A stretch of 63,972 nucleotides of DNA, filler included, from Craspedostauros australis (lineage: Eukaryota): assembly GCA_030167865.1 (NCBI GenBank). It is 9 parts of 9 records of this genome, joined end to end, with 100 filler letters (N's around TTAATTAATTAA, not from the genome) between each part and the next. Parts side by side here need not be neighbours in the genome. Positions count along the whole stretch, not along the records: positions 8,040 to 13,807 come from JALAGF010006379.1; positions 13,908 to 18,643 come from JALAGF010006380.1; positions 18,744 to 24,686 come from JALAGF010006381.1; 6 more parts are not named here. The stretch is one strand, 5' to 3'. The position numbers were made by a program, and so were the translations under genes. The notes under the pieces were generated by a model. It was not told the origin of the DNA and did not search any database. It saw nothing but the letters and a program-made list of their open reading frames with translations. Below, piece after piece: positions 10,854 to 20,982 of the stretch (the first letter of the stretch is position 1; each line of letters starts with the position of its first letter).

Positions 10854-13588
10854 TTGCCATCCTCTCCATCCGTGCGCCCCTTCCCATCCGATCCAATTGA
10901 TTGCAAAGAACTGTTTGCGCCATCTGCTGCTGAGAAGCTGTTGCCTCCACTGGATGTAGATGGTAAGCAGCACATTCTTCCACCTACAACAGACAAGCTC
11001 TTGCCTCCTGTGCTGAAAGGCGCGACCTTCGACTACGAGTGTGACGTTCAGATCCAAACCAACAACAACCAGAATCGCACACTCCATGCAACCAACNAGN
11101 NACTCTTCGTTNGCGTGCACATCACCACCGACAACGGCATGATTCTTGACACCTCCAAGGTCACAGTGCAGGCCTTTGGACAGGGCTCCAACGCCGGGAC
11201 AAAAGTGCAGGTCAAACTCTGCGTCCCGACTCTTGGAGCTTTCCCCCACTCCTTCCCGCACCGACTATCCAACCAGCAACAAAAGGCAAGTGCATGCAAC
11301 GCCGCAAGGCTGACGACGACAAAGCCTTCCGCCCCAACGGACGCAAGAAAGTCAAGAGCGGGAAATCTAGCTCCGGAAGATTCCAACCCAAGCACAACAT
11401 GAACAAGACAGATGCATTTCAAATCATGTGCGAGGTCTTGCAGGAGCTCGGAGTGAAACAACTTGCGACTATGCTGGCCGACTTTCCTCGTTGCGGATTT
11501 GTATTGGGGCGCAAATCCGACAAGCAAGTGTGGAGCAAAGCGAAGAAGATCTTCGCGGTGGCCGTCAATGCGCTGTGGAAAGCCCTGATTCTGGCAATGA
11601 ACTTGCCAGTTCCTCAAATGGAACAGGTGGTGGCATTCGTGCGCGCGGGGGTAGACTTGCTGCCTATCAAGCTGGCTCCCAACCTCTACACAATTTGCCT
11701 TGTCGGCGAGAAGAACATTGCACGCACAGCAAGGTGCATTCTTGCCATGTCTGCCTCGCCACGCCAATGTACTAACTTCCTCTCGCGACACAAGAGCGAG
11801 CTTCCTGACAATCAGCGTCTCGGCCTCTTGCCAGAGCAATACATCATCACGTGGGGCCAGCTTCTCACTCTGCGCAACTACTACGAGCTCTTGCGCGAGG
11901 GCAACGTGCTTGGTGCTGCTGTTCACGACTATCGCGTCAGCACATACAGCTTGGCCAGCGTGGTGTCCTTCATCAGCAACACAACCACATACAAGGCAGG
12001 CCTTTGTCACAGCATCAAGTGGGGAGGGGTGATATTTGAAAACATGCCAGTATTCGAACGTGGCGGAACGAGTGTGGGCGAGCTGTTCCACATGTACAAG
12101 ACTACGACGAACAATCCAGTCGGCGAGCCAGCATTCCGAGCAATGACAGGCCTGCTCACACGCAGAGGCAAAGTGATTACTGGTCTCTCCTCTTTTGAAA
12201 ACTACTTCTGGATGGCAACCAAGACGCTGAAGGAGATGCTCGTGTGCTTGAATACCCTACTCAAGGATTCGTTCAACGGCGATGACGGACATGACGACCT
12301 AACCGTGGAGCATATTCAAACCTGTGAGACATTGTTGCGCGATCTGGACCTTATGATCACATTCCTCAAGTGGGAGTATACCGCGTCACACATGCAGATC
12401 AAGTGCGAAGAAGACCCCATGCACTGCGCTCATTTCGCCCTTCGCAAGGATTCAAGAATGAAGCAGGCTAAGTCTACACTTGGCACCGAAAACACAACAG
12501 CGCCTGCCAACACCGATACGGCATGCATGGTCATTCATCCTCCTACAGCAACCACAGAGTGTGACGCCAACACCCTTCCTCTCATCGCTCACGATCAACA
12601 AGGCAAAGTATGCAACAGATGTGGACAAGTGATGCGCTTCATGGATGATCGCGTCGCACCATTCATCGAGACGCTCAAGGCCAATCATCTAAGCGACCAC
12701 ACAGATGAACTACACACGATGCTGGAAGCGGTACCAGGCTTCAACAACGAGATCACTGCGTACATGGCACACCGAGTTCGAGCAAAGGTTCAATTTGATC
12801 AGATGAACAAGTACAAGGCCAAGATCAACAACAATGATAAGTGTGCCTACGTCGTCATCGACTATAAGCAGAAGATTCTGCCAACGGCACAAGGAGAATC
12901 GCAGACAGAGTACTGGGGCAAGAAGGGCATGTCGCTGCTTGGTGTCATGATTGTCACTTGCAAAAATGACGAATTCACCTATCGCTTTGTGGACATAATT
13001 GTTCATGCCTGTCCCACCCAAGACATGTTTCAAGTTGGAGGACTACTCAAAATCATCCAGAAGAAGGTACGCGATCTCCTGCCATCAGTGACAGAAATTA
13101 TCCTGCGGTCGGACAACGCGAGCTGCTTCGCCAGCCACGAGCACATCGCGCTCGTCTCATCACGGATTAACAAGGATGCGGCAGCCAAAGGGCTTCCCCA
13201 ATTCATCGTTTGGATCTACACAGAAGCCCAAACCGGCAAAGGGCGAATCGACACTCACTTCGCCTACATCACTATCGTACTACGATCCTACATGCAAAAC
13301 GGCGGTAAAATTCAAACCGAACACGAGATCTTCGACGCATTGCAAATGGGAAATATCAGAGGTACTACAACTGTCTTGGTTGACACATCGGATTTGGAAG
13401 TCGCTGTGTGATGCACAAGACGAATGCACACATGAGGTTCCGAGCAAAAGGCATGAATGTGCGATCAACCCACGAGGTCCGGCACGGAAACGGCTACACA
13501 GACTTGCTTGCAGCTTCAAATGTCACTGCTTCAGTACGTGTGGAGGAAGCCGAATGGGAAGACTACGACATCATGAATTCTGACGTTC
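10854..13588 (+). mobile_element. Sola-like (probably Sola3-type) DDD transposase; main ORF 11294-13411, frameshifted at both ends and cut by an insertion at 13589
   Basis: 705-aa ORF with VIDYKQKILP..GESQTEYWGKKGMS, RSDNASCF and YTEAQTGKGRIDTHF, matching the D/D/D motifs I recall for Sola3-like transposases; His/Cys cluster HCAH...CNRC; flanking coding-like sequence continues in shifted frames. Confidence 0.65.
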
Positions 13589-13807
13589 AGTTAGGATTCG
13601 TGTACTTTCGTAGACGAACCGGAGTAGGCCTTGTGGACTGCCGGCTTCAAATGAGGCCGATTAACGCAGTTCACTGGGCTTGAATGTTGTATGACTGTCA
13701 AGGCGTGTAACGATGAATAGAGTAGTAGTGTTTGTACTAATCCGAAGTTGGTATTATGAGTTAGTAGCTGTAGGCAGGATGGAGAAACGATGGTCATGTA
13801 TTGGCAC
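13589..13807. mobile_element. End of an AGTT-terminated element (family C), truncated at contig end
   Basis: Begins AGTTAGGATTCG and aligns colinearly with the reverse complement of the right end of 25601-26288 (shared CTGCCGGCTTC, TGTAACGATGA, TATTATGAGTTAG, GAAACGATG). Confidence 0.75.
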
Positions 13808-13907
13808 NNNNNNNNNNNNNNNNNNNNNNNNNNNNNNNNNNNNNNNNNNNNTTAATTAATTAANNNNNNNNNNNNNNNNNNNNNNNNNNNNNNNNNNNNN
13901 NNNNNNN

Positions 13908-15693
13908 GGACAATGTTGTTGTCCACCCACCGAGTCACCACATGCTCATTTGGTTCAGTCCAGATGTACAGGCTGTTGAACCTGTCATCCTCAACCTCCT
14001 TAACTGCCTTTGGAGGAAATCCGTTCCGATTGCGTGCTGTGCCCAAGATGCCAATGCCCATCTGTCTTGACCGCTGGAGAACCATCTTGGTGGTGAAGAA
14101 GTTGTCCATGGTGACCACATGATGATGCCTTCGATCAAGTTCATTCATCAACTCCTCCACAGTGTTGTTGATTCTTGTGGTCTTGTCAAGTCGACCTGCT
14201 GGTAGGATATGGTACATGAACCCAGTGCTTGAACAACAAAGTGCAAAGAATTTGAAGCCCTCTTTGATTGGCTTCATCTTCATCCTGTGTGTCTGTGCGG
14301 AACGACCTTTGAACCGCACCATTTTGTTGATGGCACATGCGGAGCCTGGTCTTGTACAGATGCGTTTTGCCACTCAATTGGTATGGTTGAGGAGTGGCTG
14401 CACCTTCCTGTACCATGATCGGCTCAACTGAACACTGCTGCCCTCCTTCTTGGCCTTCTTTTGTGCTGGCGGCTTTGTATCGGAGGCTCTGGTATCCTTG
14501 GACTCTGCACTGCTCACCTTCAATGAAGCTGTGCTGATGGATGATAGCTCACTTCGTGATGCAATGGTGGTACTGTCTGCACTCTTCCGCATATCATCTT
14601 CATTGACATTGAAGTTGATGGGTGTGGTGGAAGATGCTGATGATCCGTTGTCATCATCTGGAAGCTCTGCAGTGAAATGGATGTGCTGGAAGATGATGTC
14701 ATATCGATTCCTGCTCAGGTGGGTCATGAGTGTGTTAGTAGGGACGGATACACAGGTGCCACGCCAATAGTCCCTTTTTGACGGTGCGTTCCATACTCCC
14801 ATGTAGTAGTACATTGCCACGAATATGTACAGCTCGGAAATTGTGATGGCAGGGGCCATGCTGCCGCTCTTCCGCAGATGATTGTTTGAATGCCATTGGA
14901 TTCTTTCCATCAAGGTATGTGGAAAAATGATCTCGAGAAGGCTTTCCACTGTTGTCTTCAAATTCCGAATGCCAGCAAATCTTGGCTTGTGATTTCCAAT
15001 GGGTAGGGGTGTGTATGGAGGAGGAGCCATGGGATGAAGAAGAGGTACTGGAGGACTGGCAATGTTGTCCCCTGGGGAGGCTGCATGGCAGGAATCCCAG
15101 GGTGGCTTGGTGGATTCTTTGGAGCAGACGACGGTATTGCGCCTGGATTGCCCATCTGTTGGTGTTGGGAATGGAGGGAAGTTCAGTTGCGGAATGGTTG
15201 TCTGGTTTCTTCCATCACTAGTGGAGCATGCACAACCCTCCAAGCTTCCTTGCGTGGTGGTGCTGTCTGTGGAGAACTCTGGTGTAGTACTGCTGTTGGT
15301 GCAGGATTTTTGTGATGGCGAAGGGATGGGGCTGACTGTGCTGCTATTTGTGGCATCGTCATGGCAGGGCCGAAGGTTGGCATCAATGTCCAATGAGGAG
15401 GCAGTGGTATCCAAACCAGGCAGATTAGGATTTCCCCCGATGTTGGTGGTGTTGCAGGATTCATCGTTTCCAAGGAAGTCTCTGTAGGTTGGACTTTCCT
15501 CAGAATTAGATGTGCTGTTGTTGTCTCCAAAGAAGATGGCAGAGGAAGGCACACCATTCAGGAATATGATATGTGGCTGTGAGCTGCTGTAGGGTGACCC
15601 GTCATATGCAAGGGGCTTGTGTGCAGGCAAGGATGGCAATGTGCCTGTGGGGGGTGCACGCTTTCGTGATGGCTTCTTTGGGGGATCAACCAT
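13908..15693 (-). pseudogene. piggyBac-like transposase pseudogene
   Basis: ELYIFVAMYYYMG...RDYW, LSRNRYDIIFQHIHF, MVRFKGRS...MKMKPIKEGFKFFALC, VTMDNFFT, GTARNRNGFP, RWVDNN. In-frame TGA at 14374-14376; the first catalytic D-E reads N-K. Likely start MVDPPKK at 15693. Confidence 0.88.
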
Positions 15694-15711
15694 GATGCAA
15701 CTTGGACTGAT

Positions 15712-17045
15712 GTGATCTGATGCTGTGATGTTGCAATGCCGCGATGCTGCAATGTTGGGATGCCACGGTGCTGTGATGCCGTGATGATGTGATGCTGCAA
15801 TTCTGTGACACTGTGATGTTGCAATGATGTGATGCCGTGATGGTGTGATCCTGCAATGCCGCGGCGCTGTGATGTCGCAATGCTGCAATGCTGTGATGTC
15901 AAGACACCGCGACGAAGTGATGGCGCGATGCCGTGATGGTGTGATGCCACGACGCTGTGATGATGTGATGGCGCGATGCCACAACGCTGTGATGATGTGA
16001 TGCCGCGACGCTGTGATGATGTGATGCCGCGACGCTGTGATCCTGCGATTCCGCGACGCTGTGATGCTGCAACGATGCTGTGATGTCGCAATGATGTGAT
16101 GCCGTGATGGTGTAATCCTGCAATGCCGCGACGCTGTGATGTTGCAATGGCGTGATGCCGCGGTGCTGTGATGCCATGATGATGTGATCCTGCAATGCCG
16201 TGACGCTGTGATGTTGTAATGATGTGATGACGTGATGGTGTGATCCTGCAATGCCGCGACGCTGAGATGTCGCAATGCTGCAATGCTGTGATGTTGCGAC
16301 GCTGTGATGCCGCAACGCTGTGATGATGTGATGCCGCAACGCTGTGATGGTGCGATGCCACGACGCTGTGATGCTGTGATGCTGCAATGCCGCGACGCTG
16401 TGATGCTGTGATGCTGCAATGCCACAACGCTGTGATGATGTGATGGCGCGATGCCACAACGCTGTGATGATGTGATGCCGCGACGCTGTGATGCTGTGAT
16501 GCTGCAATGCCACGACGCTGTGATGCTGTGATGCTGCAATGCCGCGACGCTGTGATGATGTGATGTTGCGACGCTGTGATGCCGTGACGCTGTGATGATG
16601 TGATGCCGCGACGCTGTGATGGTGCGATGCCATGATGCTGTGATGCTGTGATGCTGCAATGCCGCGACGCTGTGATGATGTGATGGCGCGATGCCACAAC
16701 GCTGTGATGATGTGATGCCGCAACGCTGTGATGATGTGATGCCGCGACGCTGTGATGATGTGATGCTGCGACACTGTGATGATGTGATGCCGTGACGCTG
16801 TGATGATGTGATGGTGCGATGCCACAACGCTGTGATGCCGCGACACTGTGATGATGTGATGCCGCGANNCTGTGATGATGTGATGCCGCGACGCTGTGAT
16901 GCCGCGACGCTGTGATGCAGCAATGCTGTGATCGTGCGATGTTGTGATTATGCGATGTTGCAATGCAGCCATCCTGTGATGTTGGCATGATGCCATGCTC
17001 ACACGATGCCATACTCGCACGATGCCATGCTCACATGCTGTCATG
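15712..17045. repeat. ~1.3-kb minisatellite of 8-bp units in the piggyBac 5' region
   Basis: Units GCTGTGAT, GATGTGAT, GCCGCGAC, GCTGCAAT, GCCACAAC and GGCGCGAT in tandem, with recurrent 24-bp higher-order units. Confidence 0.95.
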
Positions 17046-17554
17046 CTGGTTGCATGGTAAGAAAAGCAGGCACCACAACCTGCAAGCATTGCATTGGGAG
17101 GAAGAGGCATGCCGATTCGCAACAGCAAAGGTATGACGCTCGGGTGTTGGCGAGGGTCAAAATGCGAAAAAACGAAAACGCGGCCTCGCCAATTTGGCGA
17201 TTCCCCTCTCGCTGATGGATTGAGCGACAGTCCCGCAGCTCGAAATTGATTCACGAGTACTTTGGGCGACGATATCAACCTAAAGACAGTAACAGACATA
17301 TAAATGTGATAGCATGGTTGGAAAGAGGAGCTCGAGAGGATTCAGAATATGTAAAGANNNNNNNNNNNNNNNNNNNNNNNNNNNNNNNNNNNNNNNNNNN
17401 NNNNNNNATAGCATGGTTGGAAAGAGGAGCTCGAGAGGATTCAGAATATGTAAAGAAAAGAGGTTCCCACTCGTAGGCGTTGGGGTCGAAAGTTGGAATA
17501 ACTGATTCTGAAATTTTTATTGCCCAATTATTGGGCGTTGGGTCGTTAAGGGAT

Positions 17555-18075
17555 ACTCTATTAATAGTACAATCCAACCAGTCAACGGAGATGCGCGATG
17601 CCACGCGCGTGCCTGGCCCGCTTCATCCACGAATCGGTGAAAGCCAAAAAGCATTTCGCGACTGTCGCAACATGAACATCACCAAGAATTGAACCAAAGT
17701 GCTCAGTGGGAAAGACTCAGTCGCACACTATACTCTATTAATAGTCAATCCAACCAGTCAACGGAGATGCGCGATGCCACGCGCGTACCTGGCCCGCTTC
17801 ATCCACGAATCGGTGAAAGCCAAAAAGCATTTCGCGACTGTCGCAACATGAACATCACCACGAATTGAACCAAAGTGCTCAGTGGGAAAGACTCAGTCGC
17901 ACACTATGCTCTATTAATAGTCAATCCAACCAGTCAACGGAGATGCGCGATGCCACGCGCGTGCACGGATCGCTTCATCCACGAATCGGTGAAAGCCAAA
18001 TAGCATTTCGCGACTGTCGCAACATGAACATCACCAAGGAATTGAACCAAAATGCTCCGCAGAGAAGATTCAGTT
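17555..18075. repeat. Three tandem copies of a ~177-bp unit
   Basis: CTCTATTAATAGT...CAATCCAACCAGTCAACGGAGATGCGCGATGCCACGCGCGT recurs at about 17555, 17731 and 17908 with few substitutions. Confidence 0.93.
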
Positions 18076-18743
18076 CCAGTTGTATTGGAGTGCTATGCCC
18101 ACTGATCGAACCTCTTCAACGTCGGAGCAACAAAAGCTGATCTGGCCATTGGGTGACGATCGATCCTCGCTCCATCCTGTCATAAAATCAATCAATCAAT
18201 CATCAGTTCAGACAACCACACCAGCAGCCACAACGACAACGATCTGTTTGCCCGCTCGTACACGTGCCCAAGATAACCGAATACAAATAATAACGGACAA
18301 CATTCACACCACTTCACGTGCCATTTGACCAACACCACCATCACTAACAACAGCAACAACAACACAATCGTAGTCATGGTTTCCTTCGGAAAAGCAGCTC
18401 TCGTGCTATCCCTGATGGGCACAGTCTCTCAGTTCGCTTCGGCTGGAGGTACGCAGAACACAAGCTAAATAGTTCTATATCCCTCTTCATTGGCACCTGC
18501 TCTGTTGTTGTTGTGTTGCTCTCGCTCGAGCAAGTCAATTCGTCGATGACCTCATCGGTGCATATTGCCGCCATTCCAATGATCGAGCAGCAACTGCAGT
18601 GGCAGCAGCACGAGTAACAACAACAGCACCAACAGTTCTTCATNNNNNNNNNNNNNNNNNNNNNNNNNNNNNNNNNNNNNNNNNNNNTTAATTAATTAAN
18701 NNNNNNNNNNNNNNNNNNNNNNNNNNNNNNNNNNNNNNNNNNN

Positions 18744-19224
18744 GAGCTGGTGTAGGGGAGATCAGGCTCTGCGAAGAAGGACGGCTGGCTGCTGGTTGGT
18801 GTGGAAGGTGGCTCCTTGCGCTTGGCATGGGTGAACTTGACCATGATGGATGATCAGTGTGGTGATGTGATGATGTGATGTTGTGATGTTGTGATCTTTT
18901 GATTTTGTGATGTGATGGGAAGGGGAGATGTGACGACAAAAATGGGATGGAGAGACCGAAATTGGGAGGGACGGGCTCGCCGANNNNNNNNNNNNNNNNN
19001 NNNNNNNNNNNAAAAAACGATTCACGAGTAGTTCAGGCTCTGATTGCGACACAAGCATCCTAACAACCCCATCGAAAGCGACACATGGCTGGATCGCCCA
19101 TCTCTCAAGCTTTCTTCAGGTATAAAGAAAATGATATGTTACACGTAAACGTCGACGTCAAAATGGAGAATCCGTGAAATTTTTTTGCTATTTGGATTCA
19201 CTATAGGCCCTGGGTCATGAAGGG
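18744..19224 (-). mobile_element. 5' end of a piggyBac-like element (TIR CCCTTCATGACCCAG)
   Basis: CTGGGTCATGAAGGG (ends 19224) is identical to the terminus after the piggyBac ORF at 56579. It shares GATTCACGAGTA with ~17248, has a short TGTGATG array, and an ORF start MVKFTHAKRKEPP resembling MVDPPKKPSRKRAPP. Confidence 0.75.
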
Positions 19225-19678
19225 ATAAGGTCCAGACGTCTACTATTTCACGCATATGCCCTCCACAACATAATAGGATGATATCAGTCCTCAAATTAAA
19301 AATCGGCAAGAACGTACTATCGTATCCTGAATGGGGTCTTACACACGTGAAACCCAATTAAGATGAAAAGGGGGAAAAGATGCAAATTGCGAGTCTTATC
19401 GATGTCGTATGCGTCAGTGCAGTTGCTTCATTGTTGTTGTTGTCCATGATTGATGATGACGTCTATTGTGTAACGCCGTTTCAACGGTTTCATACATATC
19501 CCGGTTTGGTCCCCTCGATGCACGGTGGCTGTGCTAGCCGTCGTATCGTCACATTTTGGTTGCATTCGGGATGTACCTGCTGCATGCCCCACATGTGGAC
19601 ACTGCAGGGCGCTCATCCCATCAACCATGAGCAGAGCCCATGATTGACCACCTTGGGTACTGTCGCGCAGCGCCAAGG

Positions 19679-20982
19679 TCAAAAGAGGACCTGTTGTGCT
19701 TGTTCTCTTCGTCTCGGTCCTTGTTGTAGCTTCGTGAGCATGTCGGATAGATTGGTTTCTGATGGTTCATGTTGGACCACCAGGATACCCGCAGCGATGC
19801 GTTCTCTGACGAAGTGATATGCAATGGCATTGGCTTTCTTCCGCAATTGTGATTCTGGTAGTGATGAGTTGTACACCACGCTCTGGTTGTCGACCCGTAC
19901 ATCCGCTGGTCCATCCAGAGGGATGCCCATCATGCAAAACTTGTATCTCATTCTGATGAAGATCTCGGTTGCTACCTTGAGCGCCGTGAACTTGCTGCCG
20001 AATGTGGATGTCTCAATGCTGTTCTGTTTCTTGCTGTACCACAGTATCGGTGATGTATTCAAAAACAATAGCACACCTGTGCGTGAACGTCGCGTGACGT
20101 GGTCACCTGCATGATCAGCATCAACAAAGCACGTCATTTGGACTTCCTTTCCGCGCGGCAGTGGCATGTCAGCAGGTAGTTGTTCATAAGCATTGGGGTA
20201 GAAATCGTTCCAGTTGGGTTGCATCACAGGCGGTTTGTCAATGTATGCATCATCAAAAACAAGGCGAGAACGATCGTGAGATTTGAGGTACGCGAACATG
20301 TGAAAGAGAGCATGCAAATGACCAATTCGTGGCGCAACACAGTATGATGCCATCATCGACGTTTCACAACATATGTCAATTCGACCCAATTCAACAGTCC
20401 AGCGCAGCATACCAATGAGTTGTTGGTAGAACGTCGTTTGTTCGGAATCACACAATTGTGATCCATCCAATTCAGATCGATATTTGTTCGGTAGGACGCT
20501 GGGTGCTTTTGTTTTGAGTCGTTGGTTGCGTTCGGTGAGGTATTTCGTGACGATCTTGAGAGCGGATTTGATGTATTCTTGTGAGCCCATACTCCATTTG
20601 GGACGTGATGGATCAGCAGTGAGATGGAATTGTGAGATAGCCGATCCAAGATATGTTGTAGGAGGGCCAATGGAACTTGGTTTGAGGAAAAAGTGTGAGT
20701 CGATCGCATCAAGGATGCGTCGCGGTTGTTTGGATACAGCAAGGATGTCATCGGTGTACACGAGCACGTATTCGTAATATTCTGACCCATCGCTCGCAAC
20801 AGCAGGCTTCATCCAGACGTCGCTGTCAGCACGACAGGATGTAAATCCCAACGAATCGCGCAGTGTCTCGGCCAGATGTGCTCTCCATGCTGCTCCACTT
20901 GATTTCAATCCGTACAGGGCCCGACAAATGATGGCGATCTTCCCCTGATCGGATCCGAATTCCGAACCACATCGTGTGTATG
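19679..20982 (-). mobile_element. Ty1/copia (CoDi-type) pol 3' part, RT and RNase H; interrupted by copia family A at 20983
   Basis: RALYGLKSSGAAWR, YEYVLVYTDDIL, YQQLIGMLRW, FVDADHAGD..TRRSRTG, WYSKKQNSIETSTFGS, HFVRE, NLSDMLTK; PPT-like GAGGGGAC near 19510-19517 (minus strand). The first ~19 residues of the annotated ORF are read from the inserted LTR. Confidence 0.93.

Noticed and set aside
15558..17299. Long His/Ser/Arg-rich ORFs (N-terminus of the 849-aa ORF; 484-aa and 466-aa ORFs)
   Set aside because: They are the stop-free minus strand of the 8-mer array, open in all three frames; not credible proteins.
17308..17457. Direct repeats flanking 50-N gaps (also about 9585-9672, 57893-57970, 60805-61000)
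   Set aside because: Identical sequence on both sides of a fixed-size gap indicates unmerged contig overlaps.
15712..18075. CRISPR-like or telomeric interpretation of the arrays
   Set aside because: No unique spacers, no cas genes, eukaryotic context; units are heterogeneous and internal rather than terminal.
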